IMG/VR virus record: IMGVR_UViG_3300046517_000572
Length of the DNA: 64,000 bases
From: an uncultured virus (IMG/VR IMGVR_UViG_3300046517_000572)
Taxonomy: Duplodnaviria > Heunggongvirae > Uroviricota > Caudoviricetes
Strand: one strand, 5' to 3'
The translations under genes and the position numbers were made by a program. The notes beneath the pieces are model-generated. The model did not search any database and was not told the origin of the DNA. It was given only the letters and a program-made list of their open reading frames with translations. Below are positions 36,211 through 45,339 of the stretch, piece after piece. Within the stretch, counting starts at the first letter, position 1; every line of letters starts with the position of its first letter.

Positions 36211-36915
36211 CTAGTTCGCTGGCGGAGTGGTGAGACTGCCACCAGACTGCACGCCGCCATGAATATGGGTATTGTCAATGTGCGCGCCATTTGATGTGAT
36301 CGTGCCGGTCTGCGCGATGTCCATATTGATCGTCATGGTGCCGCGCCCGCCGCCCTCATTGCCCACCCATCGCACGTCGCCCTCAAACACGATCGACGGC
36401 GCGCGAATGGTGATGGTGCCGGGAGAAACCAGCGTCATTCCGTCGTCGGTGAACTGCACATACTGTTGCGGCGCGTCCTTGGCGATCACCGTGCCGACAT
36501 AGAGCGCATCCGCGAGGTCGTGGCGGCGGAACGAACCCGGCGCCGACGCGTCACCCTTGTTCGCCTTGACCGAACTGATGTCGCGCGAGGCACAGACGAT
36601 CACGCCGATGTCGCCTGCCTTGGGGTCCATGATGATGCCGTTGGTGCCGTTTTGCGGCCGGTGATACGGCACGTTGAAGATCGTGCCGTGCGGATAGGTG
36701 TTGCCCATGCCGTCGATTTGATGCACCACCGGCACCACGTCGATCGTGCCGGGCGGCGCCACCTCGCCGTTGCTGCGCACGCCAGCGACCTTGACCACCA
36801 TCGAGGTCGCCACCTCGGACAGCACGCTCTGCACCACGAAACGTAGCGCGCCGATCTCGGAGCCATCGGCGGCATTGCCGCGAAAGCCGACATAGCCATC
36901 CGGTTTAGCTGCCAT
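36211..36915 (-). CDS. Baseplate central spike (Gp138-like)
   Basis: DPKAGDIG...RDISSVK...RRHDLADA; C-terminal HIHGGVQSG apex motif. Confidence 0.88.
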   Translation of the reverse strand: MAAKPDGYVGFRGNAADGSEIGALRFVVQSVLSEVATSMVVKVAGVRSNGEVAPPGTIDVVPVVHQIDGMGNTYPHGTIFNVPYHRPQNGTNGIIMDPKAGDIGVIVCASRDISSVKANKGDASAPGSFRRHDLADALYVGTVIAKDAPQQYVQFTDDGMTLVSPGTITIRAPSIVFEGDVRWVGNEGGGRGTMTINMDIAQTGTITSNGAHIDNTHIHGGVQSGGSLTTPPAN

Positions 36916-37169
36916 CAGCCCCCGTCCTTACGTGTTGCCCATCGCTGCGCCAGCTTCTGATTGAAGATGTCCACCCGGATCACTTCGGCCAACCGGTAAA
37001 GGTCAGCCACGCCATAGACGGTGTCGAGTTCATGCAGGGTCGCGTGCTTGGCTGAGATTATCGCCCCGATCGCGCCCGATCCAAGGTTGCGATATTCTGC
37101 CCACTGGGGCTGTTCGTCTCCGACGTATCCGTCGTCGAGGTCCAGTATCTGGCGCGAACGGAAAAACCC
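36915..37169 (-). CDS. -1 frameshift extension of the tail chaperone (GT)
   Basis: Slippery G-GGT-TTT at 37169-37163 leads into the -1 frame ...ATLHELDTVYGVADLYRLAE. Confidence 0.75.
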   Translation of the reverse strand, partial: GFFRSRQILDLDDGYVGDEQPQWAEYRNLGSGAIGAIISAKHATLHELDTVYGVADLYRLAEVIRVDIFNQKLAQRWATRKDGG

Positions 37170-37546
37170 AGATGGGTGTCGAACCATGCCTCCCGCAGAG
37201 TGAGCCGCGTCACGATCTCCTCGATGTCGTCCTCCAGGAGTTCGCGGGTGACGCTGCGCGAGGCGTCGGGCTGAATGGTGACGCACGCCATCATCTCCTG
37301 CAACAGCGGATAGGCCACCGTCCAGTCGATGCCGCCGATGCCATGCACCGCCACCCAGGCGGCACAGCCTTCAAAGCCAAGTTGAAAGAATCCAGGCGGC
37401 ACATCGGCATTGCCCGCTGCCAGCATGGTCAGCAGACGACCGGCCCAGTGTTCGCCAGCGGACGCGGACATCTCGGTGATCCAGAATATCTTGCCGTGGT
37501 CACGGCCTTCGCGTTCGATCACCACCTTGTCGCGACGGCGCGGCAT
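37058..37546 (-). CDS. Tail assembly chaperone (G)
   Basis: GRDHGKIFWITEM...DDIEEIVTRLTLR...HLGF; follows the tube gene. Confidence 0.82.
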   Translation of the reverse strand: MPRRRDKVVIEREGRDHGKIFWITEMSASAGEHWAGRLLTMLAAGNADVPPGFFQLGFEGCAAWVAVHGIGGIDWTVAYPLLQEMMACVTIQPDASRSVTRELLEDDIEEIVTRLTLREAWFDTHLGFSVRARYWTSTTDTSETNSPSGQNIATLDRARSGR

Positions 37547-37977
37547 TACACAGGCGCCGCGTTGATGGCTTCCCAGGTGATGGTGAAGCGCCGTGGTTGC
37601 AGGATTTTTCTGGCATCCGCCATCGGCGGGTAGTTGGTCAGGAAGCCTTTAACACAATAGAACGATCTCTGGATCGAGGCGAGCGCGATATGGGCTTGCG
37701 CGATATACACCTCGCGCGCCTGTTCCTGTGCCGCATACCAAGTGTCGAAAATGTAGGTGGACGGGCTGTCCGCTTGCAGCGCGATCGTCTGCACCTTGGG
37801 CTGCGGCGTCCAGCCACCGGAGAGGAACCCGTCCACCCCCATCAGCGTCTCGACCGGCGCCACCAGGGCGTGGCTGAACACGTCGTCGGCGGCGAACCCC
37901 TGCAACTGCTGCGGCGATGGGAACAGGCTTTCGACACTGAGCATAAAAACCGCATTCGCGGCAGTGATAGTTGCCAC
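37546..37977 (-). CDS. Tail tube protein
   Basis: TITAANA...LQGFAADD...MGVDG...LQADSPS...LQPRRFTITW. Confidence 0.88.
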   Translation of the reverse strand: MATITAANAVFMLSVESLFPSPQQLQGFAADDVFSHALVAPVETLMGVDGFLSGGWTPQPKVQTIALQADSPSTYIFDTWYAAQEQAREVYIAQAHIALASIQRSFYCVKGFLTNYPPMADARKILQPRRFTITWEAINAAPV

Positions 37978-38008
37978 TGTAACCTCCTATCGATTTCGCG
38001 AAACGGTG

Positions 38009-39856
38009 TTATTGAACCATCACTGACGCCAGGGTAAGGCGCTGGATCGAGCCGCCGTCCATATACCAAAAAGTGCATGGCGGCGTGCCGCGTGCGGCGC
38101 GCACCTGGGGGTTGGCGTCCAGCACCTGGAGGTGATAGCCGATCGAATTGAGAACGCCGTCGATCCTGACGCCCGCCATGTTGTTGACTTCGATCTTTTG
38201 CGCTTCCGACAACGTCACGCCGGGGCGGATCGCACCGAAATTGACCGCCATGTTGATCACGTCCTGGCACGCTGCCTTGATCATCGTGTAGCCGGTCTGG
38301 TTGTAAGGGATCGAACCGCTCTGGGTGAGCAGTTCCATCAGCGCCAACTGGAACGCGTTGTTCATCCAGATTTGGTTGATGTAACTGTCTATCCACTTGT
38401 ATGGACCCGACACGATGCCGGGATACATGAAGCGGAATTGGTCGTTGGCGGTCGTCCAGATGCCGTAGTAATTATAGAAGTTCGCTTCCAGGTTGGACGC
38501 GACGAGGCCGCTGATGACATCGGGCGTGATGCCGGTCTGGCCCCGGAACGCGATGGTCTTGCGGCCATTGAGCCGGTTGAAATCAATCGACGCGACGGTG
38601 CCCATCATGAACATCGCAAGGTTGCGGCCATTGGTGACGTTGGGCGAGTAGATCGGCGCCGTGCCCGACGACAGCGACGTGTTGAGAATGCGCCCCAGGC
38701 TGTCTGGATCGCTGGCCGAGGCTGTCGGGCCGACATCGGTATCCCAGCAAACATACATATAATTGTTCTGGGTGGAATTGACCCAGGCAGCAAACTGTTG
38801 CCGCCCGGTGTTGACCGTGGTGGTGTTGTCGGCTTCATAGGTGTGCGTGAACGTCGCCCAGTTTTGCGTCACCTTGAGGATGCTTGCCATCTGGCCAGCC
38901 ACGCCATCGGCGGGGTTGTGGCCACCAGGAGAATAACCGGTGCCAGCCGCATTGAGCCGTGCGCCATACGCCTGTCCCAGACCAAGCACGGGTGCCAGAT
39001 TACCTGACCAGCCGGTGAGATGGCTCATCGTCACTAGGTAACCGTCAGGGTCGCCCGCGTTGGCCCGCATCCAGCCTTGCGCGGTCTGGATTTTGAACTG
39101 GTAGGTCTGCGCGTCGTAGGAGCAGGGATTGCGCGCGACTTGAATGCCCGCCTGTGATGCGTGCGTGAACGAATTATTGACTTTCCAGGTGCTGGCCCCA
39201 GGTGTAACGCCACTGACAAATTGCGTGACATAAGTGCCCGGCGGAATGCCGGGACCGAACAGGCAGTCACCAACCACGATGTTATAGAGTCCAGTGGCGT
39301 TAAAGGGCGGATACGGCGCGTTCGCCGTCACCGTCATGGTCCCGGCAGCAAATGACGCGGTCAGAAGATTGTAAACGTAGCCATCCTGCATCTTGGTCGC
39401 CGCACCGATCATCTGTGCCGCCATCGAGAACGAAGTTGCGGTGGACAGTGAGATCGGCGTCGTGGTGCGGGATACGCCATTCACGCTGAACGTGAACGTG
39501 CTGTTCGGTGAGGTCGCCTGTAGCTGATCCAGGGTCAGCGTCGGCTTCTGTGCCGACATCAGCCACGCTGGCACCCACTGGTTGTAGTAAGTGCATGCGA
39601 TCAGTAGCTGTCCCGGCCGCTTGGTCGCGTTGATATCAGCCAGAAAATACGTGCCCGCCAGCATCGAGATGTAGCTGGTCGGCCCAAAGAACGACTGCAC
39701 CGATGTCAGGTCAGGAAACGAATAGACCTCCCCCAATGGAATGTGCTGATCCGTCGTGAGCAACAGTCCGTTGAGATCGAGGCCAACGCCGCCCGCATTC
39801 AGAACACTCGGAACGACGGATACGATTTGTGCTGCGGGGATCGCTGAACCGCTCAT
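38009..39856 (-). CDS. Tail sheath protein (DUF3383)
   Basis: IPAAQIVSVVPSV...QNWATF...WIDSYINQIW...WYMDGGSIQ. Confidence 0.92.
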   Translation of the reverse strand: MSGSAIPAAQIVSVVPSVLNAGGVGLDLNGLLLTTDQHIPLGEVYSFPDLTSVQSFFGPTSYISMLAGTYFLADINATKRPGQLLIACTYYNQWVPAWLMSAQKPTLTLDQLQATSPNSTFTFSVNGVSRTTTPISLSTATSFSMAAQMIGAATKMQDGYVYNLLTASFAAGTMTVTANAPYPPFNATGLYNIVVGDCLFGPGIPPGTYVTQFVSGVTPGASTWKVNNSFTHASQAGIQVARNPCSYDAQTYQFKIQTAQGWMRANAGDPDGYLVTMSHLTGWSGNLAPVLGLGQAYGARLNAAGTGYSPGGHNPADGVAGQMASILKVTQNWATFTHTYEADNTTTVNTGRQQFAAWVNSTQNNYMYVCWDTDVGPTASASDPDSLGRILNTSLSSGTAPIYSPNVTNGRNLAMFMMGTVASIDFNRLNGRKTIAFRGQTGITPDVISGLVASNLEANFYNYYGIWTTANDQFRFMYPGIVSGPYKWIDSYINQIWMNNAFQLALMELLTQSGSIPYNQTGYTMIKAACQDVINMAVNFGAIRPGVTLSEAQKIEVNNMAGVRIDGVLNSIGYHLQVLDANPQVRAARGTPPCTFWYMDGGSIQRLTLASVMVQ

Positions 39857-39915
39857 AGCAGTCTCCTATTGTGGAAGTCCGGAATGCGTGCGCGGTTCGC
39901 GCGGACGCGGGGTCG

Positions 39916-40644
39916 TCAGGGCACGATGAAAAGATCGACCGGGAACATGCGGATCAGCACCTCGTCGGCAAACTCCTGGCCGACCGTGACCACGACGTTG
40001 GCCTGGAGGTGCAGATCAACGACCCAGCGATCCTCCCACTGGGACTCGGCGTTCTGGAATGCCGCCATATGTGGATCGTCGGCGTAGAGCGGCTGCATCT
40101 CCAGCGCGCCCGACGCGTCGAGGAACCGCTGGCAGCCATACTCGTCGCGCCACGTGGTCGCGATCGCCATCACATTGGCGCTGGAGTTCGGGCCATGCAC
40201 GTCGCACTGATAGACACAATCAGCCGGGTGCAGCATGGCATGCCGCCCAGCGTAGATTTTGCTGCCCGCCGGGACGCTCTGGGCGGGCGCCACGGTGTAG
40301 CTGCCGCGTGGGCCAGCGGTCGGCAGCGCCGCCGTCACGACCGTGCCAGGGACCACGGCGAGGCCGTAGAGCGGGTAGCCTGCCTGCACCGGGCCACCGG
40401 TCTCCACGGTCAGCCTATCGCCCGCGATGCCACCGGTCAGCTTGATGTCGATGTTGCTGTCCCGGTTGGTGGCGAGCCGCTCGCGGCGTAGTGGCGATAG
40501 CACACAGAAATCCGGCGTCAGTGGTTCCGGCACGCGGTTGCCATAAGCCCTGATCACGTCAACGCCTGCGGGTAGCCACTCCAGCAAGACCGCGCGCATC
40601 ACGGAGAGAATCTCGGTGTCGCCAAAATTGATCAGGGACGGCAT
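39916..40644 (-). CDS. Tail terminator / neck protein
   Basis: NRVPEP...QCDVHGP...PLYADDP...EDRW. Confidence 0.8.
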   Translation of the reverse strand: MPSLINFGDTEILSVMRAVLLEWLPAGVDVIRAYGNRVPEPLTPDFCVLSPLRRERLATNRDSNIDIKLTGGIAGDRLTVETGGPVQAGYPLYGLAVVPGTVVTAALPTAGPRGSYTVAPAQSVPAGSKIYAGRHAMLHPADCVYQCDVHGPNSSANVMAIATTWRDEYGCQRFLDASGALEMQPLYADDPHMAAFQNAESQWEDRWVVDLHLQANVVVTVGQEFADEVLIRMFPVDLFIVP

Positions 40645-40898
40645 CAGTCGTCGTCATCGACCTGGGTGGCAAAGCCGGGAACCGCTGCGTTCGGTGTGGT
40701 CACCAGTGCCGGTTGCTGGTCTTTGGCACCATAGTAGATGTCGCGCCCGCGCTTGGCGCCGTAGAGCGGCTTGGCATCGCTGGCGCGTTTCTCGCGCATC
40801 GCCGCCGCAACCGCCTGTTCCTGTGGATGCCCGGCATGAACCATCTCGGAGATGTTGGAGGAGACGGTTTCCTGGCTGGTGCCGCTCTTGAGTGGCAT
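40644..40898 (-). CDS. Small head-associated protein (MPLKxG...NIxE family)
   Basis: MPLKSGTSQETVSSNISEMVHAGHPQEQAVAAA. Confidence 0.7.
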   Translation of the reverse strand: MPLKSGTSQETVSSNISEMVHAGHPQEQAVAAAMREKRASDAKPLYGAKRGRDIYYGAKDQQPALVTTPNAAVPGFATQVDDDD

Positions 40899-40901
40899 TG
40901 T

Positions 40902-41345
40902 CTACTCCCGCACCTTGATCATCCGGCGCAGCCCGTCGTCGCGGTGGCCGATCTGGCGCGGGCGCGGGAAATGCAGAGGGTTGACCACCACATCAGGCGG
41001 CAGGCCGGGATCAACCGGTGGCGGTTGTTCCACGATCTGCGCGCGCCATTCCGGTCCATACATCAGCCACTGATAGATCAGCCGCTGCTCGATATCGTCG
41101 GGAACGTAGGTGTCATCGCCGCTTGGCCCCAGATCAGGCGCCCCGCCCGCATCCGCCGTTTCAGTTGGAACCACGACAGGCAGGAACTCGATCGCCGTCT
41201 CGGTCGCGACTTCGACCGCAGCTATGGTCTCGACAACCGGTTCAGTTGCGACATCGGTGAAATCGATCTGCAACTCAGGGAAGCGTTCCGCCTCCCGAAG
41301 CTGCACCACCGACGCTGGCTTACCCTCGTCTTCGTCGGGCGACAT
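40902..41345 (-). CDS. Acidic hypothetical protein
   Basis: 147 aa, TGATG-coupled. Confidence 0.6.
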   Translation of the reverse strand: MSPDEDEGKPASVVQLREAERFPELQIDFTDVATEPVVETIAAVEVATETAIEFLPVVVPTETADAGGAPDLGPSGDDTYVPDDIEQRLIYQWLMYGPEWRAQIVEQPPPVDPGLPPDVVVNPLHFPRPRQIGHRDDGLRRMIKVRE

Positions 41346-41653
41346 CAGCCAAGCGAAATCCAGGTGCCGTCGCCGTTCGACAAATACAGGATAGTGCCCT
41401 GTGGCCCTTGGCTGTCCACATATTGCGAGCCTTGCTGGTCGAACCCCGGCGTGGCACCGCCGGGCGCGCCGACGCCCACTGAGATGACCATCGATGCCGG
41501 TGGCGTGCCGATCGTCATCACACCGGTTGCCAGACCGCCGATTGCCTCCTGCAAGGCGCCGATTTCGCCCGCCGCTGCGGCGAAATTATCCCGCACATCC
41601 TGGGTGTAAGCTTCACCGGTTTGCGGCTTGGTCACGTCGATTGCTGATGTCAT
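41345..41653 (-). CDS. Short fibre/whisker-like virion protein
   Basis: IDVTKPQTG...VRDNFAAAAGEIGALQ anchor-like helix; GAGAG RBS. Confidence 0.6.
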   Translation of the reverse strand: MTSAIDVTKPQTGEAYTQDVRDNFAAAAGEIGALQEAIGGLATGVMTIGTPPASMVISVGVGAPGGATPGFDQQGSQYVDSQGPQGTILYLSNGDGTWISLG

Positions 41654-41664
41654 TGCTGCTCTCC

Positions 41665-41859
41665 TCAATTCACCCAGATGGTTGCGCCTTCGTCCCAGCG
41701 CGTGCTGCCGCCGTCCCAGCCTGTCGCTGGAACGATCGCGCCGTGATAAGGACCGAACTGCCGCCAGTAGTCCTGTAGCTGCTTTTGTATATCCGGCGGC
41801 ACCGTGGTGTTTTCGACACCCACGCTGTCGAGTGCAGGCGCTGCGCTATCGCTCATCAT
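41665..41859 (-). CDS. Small protein with a WD-rich tail
   Basis: AGGAG RBS; ends GWDGGSTRWDEGATIWVN. Confidence 0.55.
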   Translation of the reverse strand: MMSDSAAPALDSVGVENTTVPPDIQKQLQDYWRQFGPYHGAIVPATGWDGGSTRWDEGATIWVN

Positions 41860-42284
41860 TGACTCCTGTGCAGAGAAACTGCGGGTGGCGGCGTGGTGAA
41901 CGGCGACGCGGGCTTGTTCGCCTGCATGGTGACGACGACCTTGCTCCAGTCTGGCCACTGCTCTGAGACCATTGTCACCAGCCAGTCGTAACCGCTGAAA
42001 CGAAACACATCGCCACCTTGCTGTTCGGCGCGAATGATCCCGGCCCAGCCGCCGTTCAGGTAGATCGATTTATGAATGCCCTGGATGTTGAACCCGGCAT
42101 CCGCCAGCAACCGCAGATCGTCGGTGGTCAAATCCTGCACCTGGGCAGGACCACTGAGCGTGACATAGGTCGGCGTGCGCGAGCCGTCCGTGTTGGTCGT
42201 GTAACCGGTGGATCGCATGATCTCGACCGTCATGAACGGATTGACCATGCCGATCGCGCCCGAGACGATCTGATGTAAATTCAT
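41856..42284 (-). CDS. Head closure / head-tail connector
   Basis: MNLHQIVSGAIGMVNP...AQVQ...GGD...WLV...EQWPDW. Confidence 0.82.
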   Translation of the reverse strand: MNLHQIVSGAIGMVNPFMTVEIMRSTGYTTNTDGSRTPTYVTLSGPAQVQDLTTDDLRLLADAGFNIQGIHKSIYLNGGWAGIIRAEQQGGDVFRFSGYDWLVTMVSEQWPDWSKVVVTMQANKPASPFTTPPPAVSLHRSQ

Positions 42285-42724
42285 TCTTTCACCACAACGT
42301 AGCTGACGCTGTTGACCATCAACGCGGTCTCGATCAGCGGCTTGGAGAAGCCCTTGCGGGCGATCGTGATATCCGCCAGTTTTGGCGTCATCAGCTTGTT
42401 GATGCTCTCCTTGATGCGCCCCTGGATTTCCTGCCCGAGAATATCCAGCGTCAGGTCGATATCACCGTCGTTCTGCTTCAACAGCACCGCCGCCATCTTC
42501 GGCCATTTGTTGGATTGCTCCGCGATCATGATGCGGAAGAACGGGCGCGGCGGCTGGTTATGCACCGGCACGCCGAACTCGTTCCAGAACGCCACCTGGG
42601 GAATCGTCGGTCCGTCGTCGGGATACCGCCCGCCGAGAAATCCCACCTTCAGCGTGCGTGGACCCGCCGCCTTGCGCGCCAGTTCGTTGAGCGCGCCGGG
42701 ATGGCTCCTCAATACGGTCGCCAT
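42281..42724 (-). CDS. Neck / tail-completion protein
   Basis: LKVGF...VAFWNEFG...PPRPFFR...TIARKGFSKPLIET; start reassigned to ATG 42724. Confidence 0.82.
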   Translation of the reverse strand: MATVLRSHPGALNELARKAAGPRTLKVGFLGGRYPDDGPTIPQVAFWNEFGVPVHNQPPRPFFRIMIAEQSNKWPKMAAVLLKQNDGDIDLTLDILGQEIQGRIKESINKLMTPKLADITIARKGFSKPLIETALMVNSVSYVVVKE

Positions 42725-43230
42725 CCCGGCATCGCCCCTCCATACGGGATATAGACCTCGGGGAACGGCTGTGGTCCCAGGAAGTATTTCCAGGTGCGGT
42801 ATTGCGCGGTCGCGGTCCAGAAGGCGGCGCCGTAGGGCGTCTGATAATACCACGCGGCATTGGGACCATCGCCCGCGCCCAGGTCACTCACACTGACCGA
42901 AACCGAGCCTTCGGAGGCGCTGGTGATGCGTCCCACCAGCCCCGCCCCGCTACCAGCGGGCAGTGTGCCGCACGCCGTCAGGCCCCCGTTCAGCGCCGCG
43001 ATATGGCACGTCATGAGATCGAGGTAGAGGTCGCGCGGTCCCGGTGGCGTCATCGTCACATCGTAGGGCACGGGCGAGCAGGCGGTGTTGTCACACAGCA
43101 GGGTCGCCTGATCGAAGAACCACTGCGCGCGCGGCTGGGTGACGGCGGCAAATTCCGGATGCCGCGCCATCCAGGTGGCGTAGTCGAACACCACCACATG
43201 AGGATCAGGCGCGGGCGCCGTGCCGCTCAT
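42709..43230 (-). CDS. Head-tail adaptor (DUF4054)
   Basis: FDYATWMARHPEF...VGRITSASEGSVSVS...WYYQTPYGAAFW. Confidence 0.88.
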   Translation of the reverse strand: MSGTAPAPDPHVVVFDYATWMARHPEFAAVTQPRAQWFFDQATLLCDNTACSPVPYDVTMTPPGPRDLYLDLMTCHIAALNGGLTACGTLPAGSGAGLVGRITSASEGSVSVSVSDLGAGDGPNAAWYYQTPYGAAFWTATAQYRTWKYFLGPQPFPEVYIPYGGAMPGWRPY

Positions 43231-43829
43231 GCCTCACGCTGCGGCTGCGCCTGCGCGGGCTGCTCGTCGGCGCGGCGTTCCGGCGGCGGTGGCGGCTGGC
43301 GGATAGCCTCCTGCGCCTCGGCCGCCGCTGCGGCGGCGTCGCGCGCCGATGCCTCCGCGATGTCGCGTTCCGCTTTGGCGGTCTCGACGACCGTCTCGGC
43401 GGCGACGCGCGCCGCTTCAGCTTGGCGCAAGCTGACCTCCGCCATGCGATGACGGAGCGAAGCGGTGCGTGCCTTCTCCGCTTCGCCACTGACATCGATC
43501 GGCCCCAGCCGGGCGCCTTCGGCTGCCAGTGTGCCGCCGCTCTCGACCTCCAGACCGAGTTCGTAGCCGTATTTGTTGTTCACATCGCTCCAGCTATCGA
43601 TCTCGGCTTGCGTGACGATCTTGACGTTCGGCGCCAGATCGACGTTCAGCGCGATCCATTCGTTGAATGCCACGTCATCGACATCGTAAGTCAAACCGAC
43701 GCCGTGAACCGCAGCGGGATCACGCTCACCCACCAGATCGACCGAATAGGTCGCATCAAAACCGGGTTCCGGTGTGTTGGTGCATTGCACCGACATCGGC
43801 AAGGATGACGCAACGATCACGAGAGCCAT
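43227..43829 (-). CDS. Post-capsid protein paralogue 3 with coiled-coil tail
   Basis: VIVASSLP...GLTYDVD...YGYELG shared with both upstream genes. Confidence 0.75.
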   Translation of the reverse strand: MALVIVASSLPMSVQCTNTPEPGFDATYSVDLVGERDPAAVHGVGLTYDVDDVAFNEWIALNVDLAPNVKIVTQAEIDSWSDVNNKYGYELGLEVESGGTLAAEGARLGPIDVSGEAEKARTASLRHRMAEVSLRQAEAARVAAETVVETAKAERDIAEASARDAAAAAAEAQEAIRQPPPPPERRADEQPAQAQPQREA

Positions 43830-43841
43830 TGGGGGTTCCTT

Positions 43842-44897
43842 TCAAGATTGAGTGCCGGAAGCGTCGATGCCCTGCACGGTGATCGCGCCGACCGACTGGC
43901 GCAGCCGCATGGTCAGGGACACGTCCTGTGTCGGTCTTCCGGCGCGCGGATCACCAGTGCGCAGACCGACGCTGCCCATCAGCCCGGCGACCGAGCCACG
44001 CGACGCCAACATGGTGGGCGCCGACGCGTAGCCGATCGTCGAGGTGACGCCGGTCGTGTTGGAGTGAATGATAAACTGCCACGGCGCATAGGCCGACAGC
44101 GAGGCGGTCAGCCAAGTGCCCAGCACGCCATTGATACCGGCGCAGATCGCCGCCGCGTCAGCTACCGTGCCGAAGCTGTGCGACAGCTTTAGATTGAGAC
44201 CGTCCACCACGATATCGAAGCCGAGCGCAAAGCCCGTGTTGTTGTTGAAATAGCTGACCACGCTGGCGAGTTCGGTGTCGGTGAAATCGGCGCCGATCAA
44301 TTCGGCGGAGGTCGCCGCGATCGGCGCGGTGTAGGCCACGCTGTTGGATGGCGGCGCCTCGGTCGATCCGGCCGAGTTGGTCGCGGTGACGACGCAAGTG
44401 ATGCTGTGCCCGTCGTTGGCGGCCAGCATCGGCAGCGTGTCGTTGTTGGCACCGATCGGCAGCGTGTCGTCCTGCATCCACTGGTAATCATACTGGGTCG
44501 GGACATTGTCCCAGTTGCCCATCGTGCAGCGCATGCGCTGCTCCTCCTGCCAGATGAACGGCACATCGACGTTGACCGGCGGCAGGATCGCGATCGGAGG
44601 CGGTATCTCCTCGTAGCCCAGTTCATAGCCGTAGGTGTTTGCCGGATCAGCCGCCGCGTCGATCTGGTCCTGCGTGGCAATCGCGATGAACTCACCCAAA
44701 TGCGGATTGGCGGCCATGAAATCATCGAACGCCGCCTGCTCCACATCGGGCGTCAGGCCCCAGCCGCTGATCGGGAGGCTGTTCGGATCGCGCTGGCCGA
44801 CGATGGTATAGACGAACTCGGGGTCAACCCCCGGTTCCGGCGTGCTGAACATCAGGATGTTCATGTCCAGCCGCGAGGCGACGGTGACGGTGGCCAT
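43842..44897 (-). CDS. Post-capsid protein paralogue 2 with Ig-like domain
   Basis: Shared N-terminal domain, then PPVNVDVP...YDYQW...ITCVVTATNSAGS (Ig-like). Confidence 0.8.
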   Translation of the reverse strand: MATVTVASRLDMNILMFSTPEPGVDPEFVYTIVGQRDPNSLPISGWGLTPDVEQAAFDDFMAANPHLGEFIAIATQDQIDAAADPANTYGYELGYEEIPPPIAILPPVNVDVPFIWQEEQRMRCTMGNWDNVPTQYDYQWMQDDTLPIGANNDTLPMLAANDGHSITCVVTATNSAGSTEAPPSNSVAYTAPIAATSAELIGADFTDTELASVVSYFNNNTGFALGFDIVVDGLNLKLSHSFGTVADAAAICAGINGVLGTWLTASLSAYAPWQFIIHSNTTGVTSTIGYASAPTMLASRGSVAGLMGSVGLRTGDPRAGRPTQDVSLTMRLRQSVGAITVQGIDASGTQS

Positions 44898-44906
44898 AGC
44901 TTCTCC

Positions 44907-45335
44907 TCACGCCGTAACGGCGGTCTCGACCTTGCGTTTGAACTCAGCCGGGAGGTTGGCCGGATCGACCGCCTCCAGGCCGGTGAGTTCCTTGCGGTGA
45001 TCGTGCGCCTGTTGGATCACGTCGTTGGCTTTGGCTTGGCCGAACACCAGACCGAGCCGCACCATTTCGGTGTCCTTGTTCTGCGCCAGCCAGAGCGCGA
45101 ACTGATCGGCATCGACGCCATGCGTCAGACCGGCACCGTGGATGATCTGATGCGCAACGTCCTGACCGATCTTCCGGGCCGGGCCGTTCAGCTTGTGCGA
45201 CCATGCGGTTGGGCGCCATCGCGTCACGTCTTTGACGCCGCCCGCCATCACCGGCACCGACACCGTCTCGGGCGCGAACACCCGCAGCATCAGCCCGTTG
45301 GGTATCTTGCAGGCGACTGAGACGGTTCCTGGCAT
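44907..45335 (-). CDS. Conserved post-capsid protein (paralogue 1)
   Basis: TVSVACKIPNGL...GLTHGVDADQFALWL...TGLE; start reassigned to ATG 45335. Confidence 0.8.
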   Translation of the reverse strand: MPGTVSVACKIPNGLMLRVFAPETVSVPVMAGGVKDVTRWRPTAWSHKLNGPARKIGQDVAHQIIHGAGLTHGVDADQFALWLAQNKDTEMVRLGLVFGQAKANDVIQQAHDHRKELTGLEAVDPANLPAEFKRKVETAVTA

Positions 45336-45339
45336 CGCC

